DNA of 64,000 nt from Candidatus Poribacteria bacterium (GTDB lineage: Bacteria; Poribacteria; WGA-4E; WGA-3G): assembly GCA_028821605.1 (NCBI GenBank), contig JAPPFM010000016.1, positions 5,785-69,784 on the forward strand, given 5' to 3'. The notes under the pieces are model-generated. The model worked only from the letters and a program-made list of their open reading frames with translations, searched no databases and had not been told where the DNA came from. Both the position numbers and the translations under genes were made by a program. Positions 19,701 through 29,436 of this stretch are shown in pieces. How positions within the stretch are numbered: the stretch's first letter is position 1; every line of letters begins with the position of its first letter.

Positions 19701-20429
19701 CTACGATGAGTTTTCTTTTAAGCGAGCGAGTTCCTCGCGAAGGTGTGCGAGTTCAGTTTCAGCGCGTTCGGCGCGTTCTCTATCGCGTTCGGCGCGTTCT
19801 CTATCGCGTTTGGCGCGTGAGTTTGCTGCCTCCTCCGGTGTCTGTAACCACTTCCGTGTTACTGGATCATAAATCCCGAATCCATCCGCTAATAAGTGAA
19901 AATCTAAGCCCAGGGTCTCAGAAGAAATTCCACCATTAGCGTTAGGGGCAATCTCAATATACTCACCATCAACCAACCGAAAGCCCATCAACGGTGCAGG
20001 CAAATAGCGTCTATCAACATCACAGAGGAAGTATTCTGAAATTCCAAGCCTCGCGTAGAGTTCCATCTTATTGTTTAAGTCGTTTTGAACGGTACCTTTA
20101 CTTGAAAACTCAACGACAAAGTCAGGGGGTTTTCCTTCTTCCCATATCTTGTAGGTGCGGCGGGGTTTTTTACCCACTCCAAAAGAGATGAGTAGATCGG
20201 GAGAGACAGCTTTTGGGGGTCTGGTATCCTCGTAATACATCATGAGATTGCCGGAAACATAAGCATCGGGTGTGTCTGCGTAGTAGCTTCTGAAGATTAA
20301 CCGCATACGGAGTATTGCTTCTATGTGATGATCGGTTTCAGCCATAGGTTTCCCATCTGATTCAGGATAGAGGTCCGCTGTTTCGGTTGGGGCGTAAGAG
20401 GTTCGGAGCGCGTTTAGGGAAGTTTCCAT
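19701..20429 (-). CDS. Uma2 family (DUF820) putative endonuclease with C-terminal charged coiled-coil repeat
   Basis: Uma2 core (..PDFVVEFSS..), then an RDRERAERDRERAERAE tail encoded by a tandem 21-nt repeat at 19764-19820. Confidence 0.65.
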   Translation of the reverse strand: METSLNALRTSYAPTETADLYPESDGKPMAETDHHIEAILRMRLIFRSYYADTPDAYVSGNLMMYYEDTRPPKAVSPDLLISFGVGKKPRRTYKIWEEGKPPDFVVEFSSKGTVQNDLNNKMELYARLGISEYFLCDVDRRYLPAPLMGFRLVDGEYIEIAPNANGGISSETLGLDFHLLADGFGIYDPVTRKWLQTPEEAANSRAKRDRERAERDRERAERAETELAHLREELARLKENSS

Positions 20430-20501
20430 GAGAGCCTCTCCTTTTGTGTAGTGTGTCGCCAGATATGTGTTAGTTAAGTATACCTAAAAAAATTGAGAAT
20501 G

Positions 20502-21350
20502 TCAAATTTCTTGACAGGATTTATCAACTTTCCGTATGACGATGACATCCCCCCGTTTTAAGCCTAATTGCTTTTCGGCACTGCCACCGTTCACAGCGAT
20601 CTCTAATAACCCAGAACTTCCAATAATTGCCAGAGGCTTACCGACTCCAGATTCTGCGTAAGCACGGTTGAATCGGTTAAGTCTTACACTTCCAATTCTG
20701 ATTTCATAAGCGGAAATTCCTCCAGTAGACGCGCTTTCCAAACCGGCAATTGCGCTTTCTGAGATATTGGTTATCGCATTCCCAAATCTATCAATTTTGA
20801 CAATTTGTCCTGTCAGTGTATTACCGGATAGCTCCGGTGCTTGAATTGGTAGTTGAACAAGCGTTTGCACCGGTGGACCGATGTCCTCAAGTGGAACGCC
20901 AAGGGATAGGTGTGCGGCAACAGGTGCGAAAATATCCCTGCCGTGAAATGTGTTACTCACTTCTGGCAGATAGTACGCTTTGTTCTGAATCTCTACTGCA
21001 TTTATTGGTTGCTCCGCTTCGTCCTCAGTGCTTTGCAATAGGTAACTCAACACGCCATTGTCCGGACAGACGAAAAATGCGTTGTCTGTTTGGCAGACTA
21101 TCGCACGTCGATCACTCCCGACACCCGGATCAACTACGATAACATGAATCGTTCCTCTTGGGAAGTAACTGTGGGCAGCATTAATTGAGAAAGCGGCTTC
21201 GTAGATATCTTGTGGTGGGATGGCGTGCGTGAGATCAACCACTTGCACATTCAGATTGATGCCGAGGATGACTCCCTTCATGATCCCGACATAAGTATCG
21301 CGTATACCGAAATCCGTTGTTAGCGTGATGATACGGGATGATTCGCTCAT
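20502..21350 (-). CDS. SAM hydroxide adenosyltransferase family (DUF62) protein
   Basis: IITLTTDFGIRDTYVGIMKGVI...VVDPGVGSDRRAIV. The MSESSR start at 21350 is preferred over the ORF-track start at 21446 because it abuts the upstream gene's stop. Confidence 0.7.
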   Translation of the reverse strand: MSESSRIITLTTDFGIRDTYVGIMKGVILGINLNVQVVDLTHAIPPQDIYEAAFSINAAHSYFPRGTIHVIVVDPGVGSDRRAIVCQTDNAFFVCPDNGVLSYLLQSTEDEAEQPINAVEIQNKAYYLPEVSNTFHGRDIFAPVAAHLSLGVPLEDIGPPVQTLVQLPIQAPELSGNTLTGQIVKIDRFGNAITNISESAIAGLESASTGGISAYEIRIGSVRLNRFNRAYAESGVGKPLAIIGSSGLLEIAVNGGSAEKQLGLKRGDVIVIRKVDKSCQEI

Positions 21351-21354
21351 TTGA

Positions 21355-22155
21355 TTACAGGTTTGCCTGCATCCAAGCAAAACTTTTTCGTTGTCCTGTG
21401 CCGTCGTTTTCTCTACCCTCGTATTCACAGCACCAGACCCCATCATAGCCCGCGTCTCTCAGACATTGGATCGCCTTTGCGAGATCTATTTCACCTTCGC
21501 CAAGTGCTTCGCCTCGGTAATCCGCACGTGATCCTCTACCGTCTTTCAGATGTGTGTGCAATGTATAAGGCGCGACGATTTCATAGTATCTACCGACTGT
21601 TTCTAAGTCATGACCTGCCCATCGGTAGTTCATGGTGTCCATATTCGCTCCGACATACTTGGAACCGACCCGTTCAAAGAGTTCTACCTGCAAATCACCG
21701 TCGTTTGTAACGATGCCGTGGTTGTCCACTGCCAAGTAGACCTCGTCGCGTTCGGCAAATTCAAGGCATCGTTTTAGGCAGCCAGCCATCGCTTCCACCC
21801 ATCGGCTTTCTGGGACAGCGTCCTTTGCAGCACCACCCTCCGTGCGGAGAACCGAGGTGCCGAGCAATTTGGCAAGTCCTGCGATGCGCTCCATCCGTGC
21901 GACTTGGGATTGGATGGCTTCGTCTTCCAGCACGACGAAATCGTTCCCTGCAGCGAGTGCGGAGACGTGCAGCCCGTAACCTTCCACCTGTTTCCTCACG
22001 GCTTCCGCGTTTTGTTCGGGATCAGGGGTTTCCGAGTTCCATACATCGCCAATCTGGAGTTCGACATAGCCGAAACCTGTCTCACTTGTAAATTTCAGAA
22101 AATCGTCAAGCGATTTACTTGCGTAATTGTAATGAATCAATCCGAGTTTAGACAT
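21355..22155 (-). CDS. Sugar phosphate isomerase/epimerase (xylose isomerase-like TIM barrel)
   Basis: AP_endonuc_2-like pattern (..GYVELQ.., ..DNHG..). Operon with the DUF62 gene. Confidence 0.7.
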   Translation of the reverse strand: MSKLGLIHYNYASKSLDDFLKFTSETGFGYVELQIGDVWNSETPDPEQNAEAVRKQVEGYGLHVSALAAGNDFVVLEDEAIQSQVARMERIAGLAKLLGTSVLRTEGGAAKDAVPESRWVEAMAGCLKRCLEFAERDEVYLAVDNHGIVTNDGDLQVELFERVGSKYVGANMDTMNYRWAGHDLETVGRYYEIVAPYTLHTHLKDGRGSRADYRGEALGEGEIDLAKAIQCLRDAGYDGVWCCEYEGRENDGTGQRKSFAWMQANL

Positions 22156-22403
22156 AGGTTTTACCTTTCCTTTGGCAGTCGGCCATCAGCAGTGAGTAAG
22201 TCAGAAGTCAGAATTCGGGGATCCCTCCTACAGGAAAACCATACGCATCTGCTGATATTAAAAAGACTTGCATCTTTAAAAGTTGTTGTGCTATAATACC
22301 TTTGTTGTAAAACAAGTGTCAAGCAATTTTTCACTTTACTATAGCAAGTTCTTAACTTACAAACTTCGCAGAAAAATTAGAACCGAATCAGGATAAAGGG
22401 ATA

Positions 22404-23540
22404 ATGGAGAATTATAGTCGCTTTACGGATCCGAAATTGCCCGCCATTTATGAAAAAGTCAAAGCAGAACAACGGCTCTCCTTTGAAGAGGGCATCGCGC
22501 TTTACGAAAGCCCGGATATTACGGGAGTTGGTTTTATTGCCCATCATGCCCGTGAACGTCTAAATGGAAATCTCGCCTATTATAACATCAACCAACATAT
22601 TGATTACTCGAATGTCTGTATTCTGCACGCCCGGTGCCACTTTTGTGCGTTTGCCCGAAAAAACATGCAAACGGAAGGCGCGTGGGAGATGAGCGTTGAT
22701 GAATTTTTAGACAAGGCGATGTATTCTATAGAGAACGGATGTACTGAGATTCATAGTGTCGGTGGCTTACACCCTAAACTACCTTTCGATTATTACTTGG
22801 ACATCATTCGTGGACTCAAAGAACGGATGCCACAGGTACATCTCAAATTTTTCACTGCTGTTGAGATTCACCACTTCTCGCGTATCTTTAAAATGTCAAT
22901 GGAGGAAGTTCTAATAGCATTGCGGGAGGCGGGTTTGGATTCGTTGCCGGGCGGTGGTGCTGAAATATTTGCGGAGGAAACGCGTGAAAAAATTTGCCCG
23001 GGAAAATTGAGTGCAGAAGGTTGGTTAGAGGTTCACGATATTGCGCATCGCCTCGGTATTTCCACAAACGCAACAATGCTTTATGGACATCTTGAAACAA
23101 ACGAGGATAGGGTAGACCATCTGATTCGGTTGCGGGAACAACAGGATAAATCCGGTGGTTTCGTGACGTTCATTCCGCTTGCGTTTCATCCTGCGAACAC
23201 CCGCATGGCGTATCTGCCATCAACGACGGGCTTGACCGATCTTCGGAACATTGCCGTCGCACGCCTGATACTTGATAACCTGCCACATATTAAAGTTTAC
23301 TGGATTATGACGGGCTTGAAAACTGCACAGGTCGCACTTCGTTTCGGAGCCGATGATATTGATGGGACTGTAACCGAGGAAAAGATCACACACATGGCAG
23401 GCGCGGACACGCCAGAGGCTGTTTCTGTTTCATCGCTGACACACCTCATTGAGGAAGCTGGTTTCGTGCCTGTTGAGCGCGATACGCTTTACAATGAAAT
23501 TGTTCGAGAGGGGGATCGGTGGTACAGAAAAGCCGCTTAA
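22404..23540 (+). CDS. Radical SAM menaquinone biosynthesis protein, MqnC/MqnE (futalosine pathway) family
   Basis: ..NVCILHARCHFCAFA.. cluster motif of the CofH/MqnC/MqnE type. Adjacent to an MqnA-like gene. Confidence 0.7.
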   Translation: MENYSRFTDPKLPAIYEKVKAEQRLSFEEGIALYESPDITGVGFIAHHARERLNGNLAYYNINQHIDYSNVCILHARCHFCAFARKNMQTEGAWEMSVDEFLDKAMYSIENGCTEIHSVGGLHPKLPFDYYLDIIRGLKERMPQVHLKFFTAVEIHHFSRIFKMSMEEVLIALREAGLDSLPGGGAEIFAEETREKICPGKLSAEGWLEVHDIAHRLGISTNATMLYGHLETNEDRVDHLIRLREQQDKSGGFVTFIPLAFHPANTRMAYLPSTTGLTDLRNIAVARLILDNLPHIKVYWIMTGLKTAQVALRFGADDIDGTVTEEKITHMAGADTPEAVSVSSLTHLIEEAGFVPVERDTLYNEIVREGDRWYRKAA

Positions 23541-24358
23541 GGGTTGGTGCGGTCTCATTTTTGAATACCAAACCGCTTATTTATCCCCTTTTGAACGAAG
23601 AAATCCAGACGGATATTGCGCTCAGTGTTGATGTACCAAGCCGCGTCGCAACATGCTTCAGTGAAGGTAAACTTGATGTCGGGTTAATCCCGATTATCGA
23701 ATATTTTCGTGCGAAGCCTTCGGGTACGAATTTCTGCATTCTACCAAATATATCAATTGCATCGCACGGAAGTGTCAAAAGTATCCAACTGTTCAGTCGC
23801 GTACCGATTCGCGAAATTCGACGCATCGCACTTGATACGAGTTCCCGTACCTCCGTTGCCTTACTAAAAGTCTTACTCGCTGAAAAATATGGAATTTCGC
23901 CAGCGTTTACAACGTGCGCACCGACAGTAATTCCAAGCACAGCACTTCAAAACCGTCAGTATCCGCCTTTTGAGGCGGTCCTCTTGATTGGGGATCCAGC
24001 CCTCAGACACCTCGGTTCAACAGAATATAGTGTTGACCTCGGCGAGGCGTGGTATAAGTTAACAGGATTGCCGTTCGTCTATGCGTGTTGGGTAGCAAGA
24101 AAAGAAGCACATCTTGGCAACTTACCGCAAGTACTCCTTCAATCGAAAACGTGTGGGATCGCACAAATCCCAGAAATCGCGCAAATTGAGGCACAGAAAC
24201 TCGGCCTACCTGAAACGCTCTGCCTCGACTATTTGCAAAATCGGATCAAATATGATCTTGACGAATCTGCAATCGCTGGCATTGAACTCTTTTATAAGTA
24301 TGCTGTGAAGAATAACCTCGCGCCGACATGCCGTTCATTAACTTTTGCATCCAGTTGA
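23519..24358 (+). CDS. MqnA/MqnD family protein (chorismate dehydratase-like, futalosine pathway)
   Basis: N-terminal ..RVGAVSFLNTKPL.. signature of the MqnA/MqnD periplasmic-binding-like fold. Confidence 0.65.
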   Translation: MVQKSRLRVGAVSFLNTKPLIYPLLNEEIQTDIALSVDVPSRVATCFSEGKLDVGLIPIIEYFRAKPSGTNFCILPNISIASHGSVKSIQLFSRVPIREIRRIALDTSSRTSVALLKVLLAEKYGISPAFTTCAPTVIPSTALQNRQYPPFEAVLLIGDPALRHLGSTEYSVDLGEAWYKLTGLPFVYACWVARKEAHLGNLPQVLLQSKTCGIAQIPEIAQIEAQKLGLPETLCLDYLQNRIKYDLDESAIAGIELFYKYAVKNNLAPTCRSLTFASS

Positions 24359-24370
24359 AAGAGGCGGGAA

Positions 24371-24871
24371 ATGGAAACCGTTGAAAAATCCACTAACGGT
24401 ACTGAATTTGTAAAACAGTTTGAAGACTATCTCAAAAGTTGTGGACTCCGCTTGACCCAAAAACGATTAGATGTCCTAAACCAAGTCTTCGACTATCCGG
24501 GTCATTTTCAAACGGAAGACCTCTTGGTTCAGATGCGCCGCAACGGTTACCTTGTGTCGCGCCCGACGATCTATCGGACATTGCCGCTGCTGGTGAGAAG
24601 TGGGTTACTGACGGAATTTATTGATGCACAGAAGAACACCCGCTACGAGAGTATTCATTCGCTCCGAGAACATGCGCATCTCATCTGTCTACGGTGTAAT
24701 CAGATTGTTGAGTTTAAAGAGCCGGGGATTGATGCCTTACAAAAGGCGGTGTGTGAAGCACACGACTTTAAAGCCGTGCGCTTCCGTAATGAGATCATCG
24801 GTTACTGCGCCGAGTGCCAAGCAGAATTAGAACCAAAAACACCTGATGAAGCGGACGCAACTACTGCTTAA
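24371..24871 (+). CDS. Fur family transcriptional regulator
   Basis: ..LRLTQKRLDVLNQVF.., ..RPTIYRTL.., HxH..CxxC metal sites (HAHLICLRCNQ...CAEC). Confidence 0.8.
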   Translation: METVEKSTNGTEFVKQFEDYLKSCGLRLTQKRLDVLNQVFDYPGHFQTEDLLVQMRRNGYLVSRPTIYRTLPLLVRSGLLTEFIDAQKNTRYESIHSLREHAHLICLRCNQIVEFKEPGIDALQKAVCEAHDFKAVRFRNEIIGYCAECQAELEPKTPDEADATTA

Positions 24872-25553
24872 GCCGTGCCCATGTTGTGGTGAGCAGCCCT
24901 ACCGGATTAACGTCCGTAAGCCCACTGGAAGCATTTTCGTAGTCTTCGTTTGTAGGTTCATAATCTAAGTCGCTAGACCAGCAGATAACGTCTAACTGGA
25001 CCTGGTTCGAGCTCTGCCGTGTCCATATCATCATGACGTTTTCACCATCTTGTAATTTGTTGACCGTGCCACCGTCACTTCCGAAATCACCCGTCCGCAA
25101 CCATGTCCATTCAGGGGCGTTCTCTTCCATGATGATGTGATCAGGACGAACAAAAGCGGGTTTGTCCGTTGGAATTTCATCACCATCATCGCCCAAAACC
25201 CACAACCAATCCGAATGGTTGCTCGGATTAATGACGCGCACGATAAACCGCCAGTCCCCTGCTTTTCCATCAGCGGCACTGATGTCGAACCTGTAGAGTA
25301 TCCAACCTTGTCCACCGGCGTTGGTGATGATATCCCCAAACGCACCTTCCGTGGGATCAAGTGCCCCTTCACCCTTGCCTAATTTATAGACATCCGCGGA
25401 GTCCCTTTCATCAAAGGCTTCTGCCTCAAACCATATCTGTTCGCCACTCCCGTATTTAGAGACTCTAAATTCTTCTACGGCAAAGCCCGTAAACGGTTGT
25501 ATCAACAGGAAACAGAAAACGAAGCCGAAGGTTAACTGACATCTTTGAAGCAT
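24861..25553 (-). CDS. Secreted hypothetical protein with C-terminal ..LLTTTWARLKQ tail (paralog of 25596..26294)
   Basis: Signal peptide, no recognisable domain, shared tail motif. Confidence 0.5.
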   Translation of the reverse strand: MLQRCQLTFGFVFCFLLIQPFTGFAVEEFRVSKYGSGEQIWFEAEAFDERDSADVYKLGKGEGALDPTEGAFGDIITNAGGQGWILYRFDISAADGKAGDWRFIVRVINPSNHSDWLWVLGDDGDEIPTDKPAFVRPDHIIMEENAPEWTWLRTGDFGSDGGTVNKLQDGENVMMIWTRQSSNQVQLDVICWSSDLDYEPTNEDYENASSGLTDVNPVGLLTTTWARLKQ

Positions 25554-25595
25554 AATAATTCTCCTTCATCGTATTTTTGTGCTATTTTGAAGCAG

Positions 25596-26294
25596 TTACT
25601 GCTTAAGCCGACTCCATGTCGTGGTTAGCAACCCATCTGGATGCACCGGCAAAGTTTTTTCCTCCGCTTTTTCGTAGTCTTCATCCGTAGGTTGATACTC
25701 TAAGTCACTGGACCAGCAAAAAACGTCGTACTGGACCTGGAGCGAACTTTGTCGTGTCCATATCATCATGACGTTTTCACCGTCTTGTAATTCGTTAATC
25801 GTCCCAGCATCCTGTCCAAAATCTCCTGTCTTCTTCCATGTCCATACGGGGACATTTTCTTCAAAAATGATATGATTGGGGCGGACGAAGGCAGGTTCCG
25901 CATCTGGAATCTTATCGCCATCGTCGCCCAAAACCCATAGCCAATCCGAATGGTTGCTTGGATTAATAACACGCCCGATAAACCGCCATTCTCCGGCTTT
26001 CCCGCCAGCACGACTGATGTCGAACCTGTAAAGTATCCAACCCTTTTTCCCAGCACCGGCGTTGGTAATGATATCCCCAAACGCACCGTCGGCAGGGTCT
26101 ACAGCCTTTTCGCCTTTACCCAATTTATAAACATCCTCGGAATCCCTCTCATCAAAGGCTTCTGCCTCAAACCAAATTTGTTCACCTTTTCCGTTTTCCG
26201 AGACTTTGAATTCTTCCACGGCAAAGCCTGTAAACGGTTGGACCAGTAGAAGACCAAGGGCTAAACTGAGCGTTAATTGAACTCTCTGAAACAT
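25596..26294 (-). CDS. Secreted hypothetical protein with C-terminal ..LLTTTWSRLKQ tail
   Basis: ATG start at 26294 (GGAG RBS) is preferred over the ORF-track start at 26417. About 60% identical to its neighbour. Confidence 0.5.
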   Translation of the reverse strand: MFQRVQLTLSLALGLLLVQPFTGFAVEEFKVSENGKGEQIWFEAEAFDERDSEDVYKLGKGEKAVDPADGAFGDIITNAGAGKKGWILYRFDISRAGGKAGEWRFIGRVINPSNHSDWLWVLGDDGDKIPDAEPAFVRPNHIIFEENVPVWTWKKTGDFGQDAGTINELQDGENVMMIWTRQSSLQVQYDVFCWSSDLEYQPTDEDYEKAEEKTLPVHPDGLLTTTWSRLKQ

Positions 26295-26653
26295 TGTGCA
26301 TTCTCCTTCATCTGAGTTTGAACTATTGTAGATTTTGCAATTATAGGACTTACGCGAAGCGCAATAAATTGCGCGACTACGAACCATACGCCCTTTGAGA
26401 AACACCTGTATTTCCAAAGTATATCTGTTTGCTACTGGTAGACAAGGATGGACGGTGAACTGCCTTACGACAAACTCGGAAGTTTCATCTATCTTAAAGC
26501 AGTTCGTGATGCACCGAGATGTCTACATATTTCGATAATTCACCATAGTTTAAACGAATTCGGTTAAAATTGTAAACTTAAAATTTGACAATCGTTTGGA
26601 AATATCGTATAATTGCAAAAATAGGTTTTCCTCTGCAATGCAGGAAACGTCCG

Positions 26654-27034
26654 ATGTATACGCCACAAGTGACCGAACATTATGAAAACCCGCGCAATAT
26701 CGGGACGATCGCTGACGCAGATGGTTCAGCTACCGTTGGTTCTCCCGCTGACGGTGAGATGGTAAAGTTGACGCTCAAGATAACGGACGATGTAATTGTT
26801 GCAGCAAAATTTCGAGCGTTCGGATGTCCGACTGCTATCGCGAGTGCATCTGTCCTCACCGAATTAGTTACGGGAATATATATCCCGGAAGCGAAAGAAA
26901 TTACAGCGGTTCAACTCTCTGAAGCGTTAGGAGGGTTGCCGCAAGATAAACAGCGTTACGCCAACGCTGCTGAAAAAGTCCTAAAAACGGCAATTGCTGA
27001 TTTTCTGTCCAAAAAGGAGGGGCAAGCACCATGA
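26654..27034 (+). CDS. IscU/NifU-N-like protein with a degenerate cysteine set
   Basis: YTPQVTEHYENPRNIGTIADADG..FRAFGCPTAIASAS is clearly IscU-like. The first conserved Cys (GAPACGD) is replaced by SPADGE and the third Cys is absent. Confidence 0.6.
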   Translation: MYTPQVTEHYENPRNIGTIADADGSATVGSPADGEMVKLTLKITDDVIVAAKFRAFGCPTAIASASVLTELVTGIYIPEAKEITAVQLSEALGGLPQDKQRYANAAEKVLKTAIADFLSKKEGQAP

Positions 27035-27360
27035 TTACTGTCACAGAATCTGCCGCACAAAAAGCAATTACACTTATTAGTAATAGTGAAACCTCAGCTG
27101 AATCCGAACTCGGCTTGCGGATGCAGGTTGTCGGCGGTGGATGCTCCGGGTTCCAATATAACCTCGAATTTGGTGCCGCGAAGGATACCGACAAAGTGTT
27201 TGATTTTCACGGCTTAAAGGTTTTCATTGATCCGCGCAGTACGCTCTATCTTGCAGGTTCCGTACTCGACTATAACGACGGGTTGATGGATTCAGGTTTT
27301 AAAATAACAAACCCGAATGCTACAAACACGTGCGGTTGTGGTGAGTCGTTTAGCGTTTAA
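27031..27360 (+). CDS. A-type Fe-S cluster carrier (IscA/HesB/ErpA family)
   Basis: ..GGGCSGFQY.. and C-terminal ..CGCGESF.. motifs. Confidence 0.85.
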   Translation: MITVTESAAQKAITLISNSETSAESELGLRMQVVGGGCSGFQYNLEFGAAKDTDKVFDFHGLKVFIDPRSTLYLAGSVLDYNDGLMDSGFKITNPNATNTCGCGESFSV

Positions 27361-27496
27361 CAATTTCCGTCTGTTCGGTACGCTCACTTTGCAAGCACCT
27401 CTGGAAAAAAGATAACCGGTTTAAAATATAGAGCTTTATATAAGCGCGCCCAGTGAGGCGCGCTTTTTGGCGAATTGGGTTTCCCTTCCTTGGATA

Positions 27497-28876
27497 TTAC
27501 ACCCACGAAGATTTTAACTCGTTTACTTTCAGTGAGCCTAAAGTCGCTGCGCTTCCCTCCGCGTAGATTCCGATGTCCGCATTGTCCAAATCTGGGAGGA
27601 AATAAGAAGTCATAGAGAGTTCCCCGTCGTTACCGAATGCCTCAATAGAGATACGGTCAACCAGAATTTGCAAACGGATTTTCCCATCTTGTGGCGCGAG
27701 GGGTCCACTTCTTTCCAAGAATGTCAATTGTTGCGATGCGACATCGTAACGGATATCCTGCCCACGAATCTTGAAACCAACAGCGGCGGCATCGTTCAGG
27801 GCTATTTCAGCTCGGATATCAAACAGTTCACCTGTCAATCCTGCGAGCGGATCTTCATCTGGCTTAAGCGATAGATCGCTCCACGCATGCGTGTACGCAT
27901 GGATGTTTTCTATCTCTGCGACCGGTTCTCGATGTAGACGGATGCCCTCTGAAGTTGTCCGAAGGGTTAACTTGCACGGGAAACTCATCTGTTGGTTAAA
28001 GGGCATGTCCGGTGGATTACTGCCACTCATCCAAGCGATTTGAATACGTCTGCCATCGAATTCTGGTACATCGCTCCATGTTTGCGCTGCATAGAAGTTG
28101 GCACCATAGTCAGCCTGTTGTGCGTCACCTTCCGGTGTAAAGGTCGTTCCATCGAAGTTCCCGACGTAATATTTCCCCGCCGCGCCCCAGAAAACCCACT
28201 TGGTATTGTCGGGATCATCATCAACGGGAAGCTCAAAGATGTCAGGGCATTCCGTATCTGGAATTTGCAGGTCGGATAACCTTGTCCATTCCTTAAGGTT
28301 TGTCGAACCGAACAGCGCATAGTCATTTTGGTCGAGATAGAGAGCCATCACCCATTTCTGCGTAGGTTCATGCCAGATAACCTTGGGATCGCGGTTACTC
28401 CCGACAATATGCTCAATCACAGGATTCCCTTCATATTTTGTCCAACTCCGTCCGCGGTCGTTGCTGTAGGCGATACTTTGCGTAAACGGCACCTGCTCCG
28501 GTGCATGGCTGCCAGCAGATGTGTAGAAGTTGACGAGTACCGACTCGTCACTGGTCTGGAAACCACCGGTGTTTTTCCAGTCCACGACACCTGAACCGGA
28601 GAAGATTGTGCCGAGTTCATCTGGATGGATGGCGTGTGGAAGTTGCTTCCAGTGGACGAGGTCTGTGCTGACAGCGTGTCCCCAAGTCATGTTGCCCCAA
28701 TTGATGCCCGATGGGTTGTGTTGAAAGAAGAGATGAAACTCGCCTTTGTAATGGATTAAGCCGTTTGGGTCATTCGTCCAATTGGTTTTCGGTGTAAAGT
28801 GGAACTGTGGGCGGTATGATTCCTGATAAGCCGTTTGAATCATTAAACTGTTTCCTTTCGGTTTTAAGCGTTGCAA
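27497..28876 (-). CDS. Glycoside hydrolase family 32 (beta-fructofuranosidase/levanase-like)
   Basis: ..WTNDPNGLIHYKGEFHLFFQHNP.., RDPKV and EC(P) catalytic motifs of GH32. Confidence 0.85.
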   Translation of the reverse strand: MQRLKPKGNSLMIQTAYQESYRPQFHFTPKTNWTNDPNGLIHYKGEFHLFFQHNPSGINWGNMTWGHAVSTDLVHWKQLPHAIHPDELGTIFSGSGVVDWKNTGGFQTSDESVLVNFYTSAGSHAPEQVPFTQSIAYSNDRGRSWTKYEGNPVIEHIVGSNRDPKVIWHEPTQKWVMALYLDQNDYALFGSTNLKEWTRLSDLQIPDTECPDIFELPVDDDPDNTKWVFWGAAGKYYVGNFDGTTFTPEGDAQQADYGANFYAAQTWSDVPEFDGRRIQIAWMSGSNPPDMPFNQQMSFPCKLTLRTTSEGIRLHREPVAEIENIHAYTHAWSDLSLKPDEDPLAGLTGELFDIRAEIALNDAAAVGFKIRGQDIRYDVASQQLTFLERSGPLAPQDGKIRLQILVDRISIEAFGNDGELSMTSYFLPDLDNADIGIYAEGSAATLGSLKVNELKSSWV

Positions 28877-28990
28877 AGAGATACCGGTTATTGCTTCTAT
28901 TTTCCTGACTATTCTATGTAGATTTTTTATTTTGTCAAGAGTACTTGCTTATGGGTGCAGGGTCATTTAGTGAAAACGCATCATAGGATT

Positions 28991-29234
28991 GTAGGTTGGG
29001 TTGAGCGAAACCGAGAAAAATGATATGAACACTCCAAGCACATTTTATCACCCTACACCGCCCTATCAATCAAGGAAATAGCGAAACCCAACGGAAACTA
29101 TCTCCATGTTTGTAGTGTTTGACGCAAAGAGCGTTGGGTTTCACTCAATTTTTTTATGTCTATGTGGGTATATTAGGTTTGATGTATTTTGAAATACCTA
29201 CTTTTGATTTTGAACACCGTTCAACCCAACCTAC
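28991..29234. repeat. MITE-like nested palindromic repeat, copy 1 (TIR GTAGGTTGGGTTGAGCG ... CGTTCAACCCAACCTAC)
   Basis: Terminal inverted repeats plus an internal inverted pair GCGAAACCCAAC / GTTGGGTTTCAC. Paralogous copies at 52141, 56380 and 62968. Confidence 0.5.
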
Positions 29235-29354
29235 AGGACTTCATGTGGTCCATCAGCGAAGGTGCATCCGAAAGTGTGTATAAATGTTACAATTAGATGA
29301 TTCTACTTATCCAGCAATTTTCTGTAAATCCATGCTAAATCGAGCGTTTTAGGC

Positions 29355-29400
29355 AAAATTACGCAACCGTTTTGACCGAAATACGCGTCATTATATATTG
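29355..29400 (+). promoter_or_regulatory. ECF-type promoter, variant of the shared motif (ACGCAACCGTTTTG-N10-CGCGTCATTATATAT)
   Basis: Member of a 13-copy conserved promoter family. Sits 37 nt upstream of 29437. Confidence 0.5.
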
Positions 29401-29436
29401 AGGTAAGGACTCAAATTTTAGTGAGGGAATTGAAAA

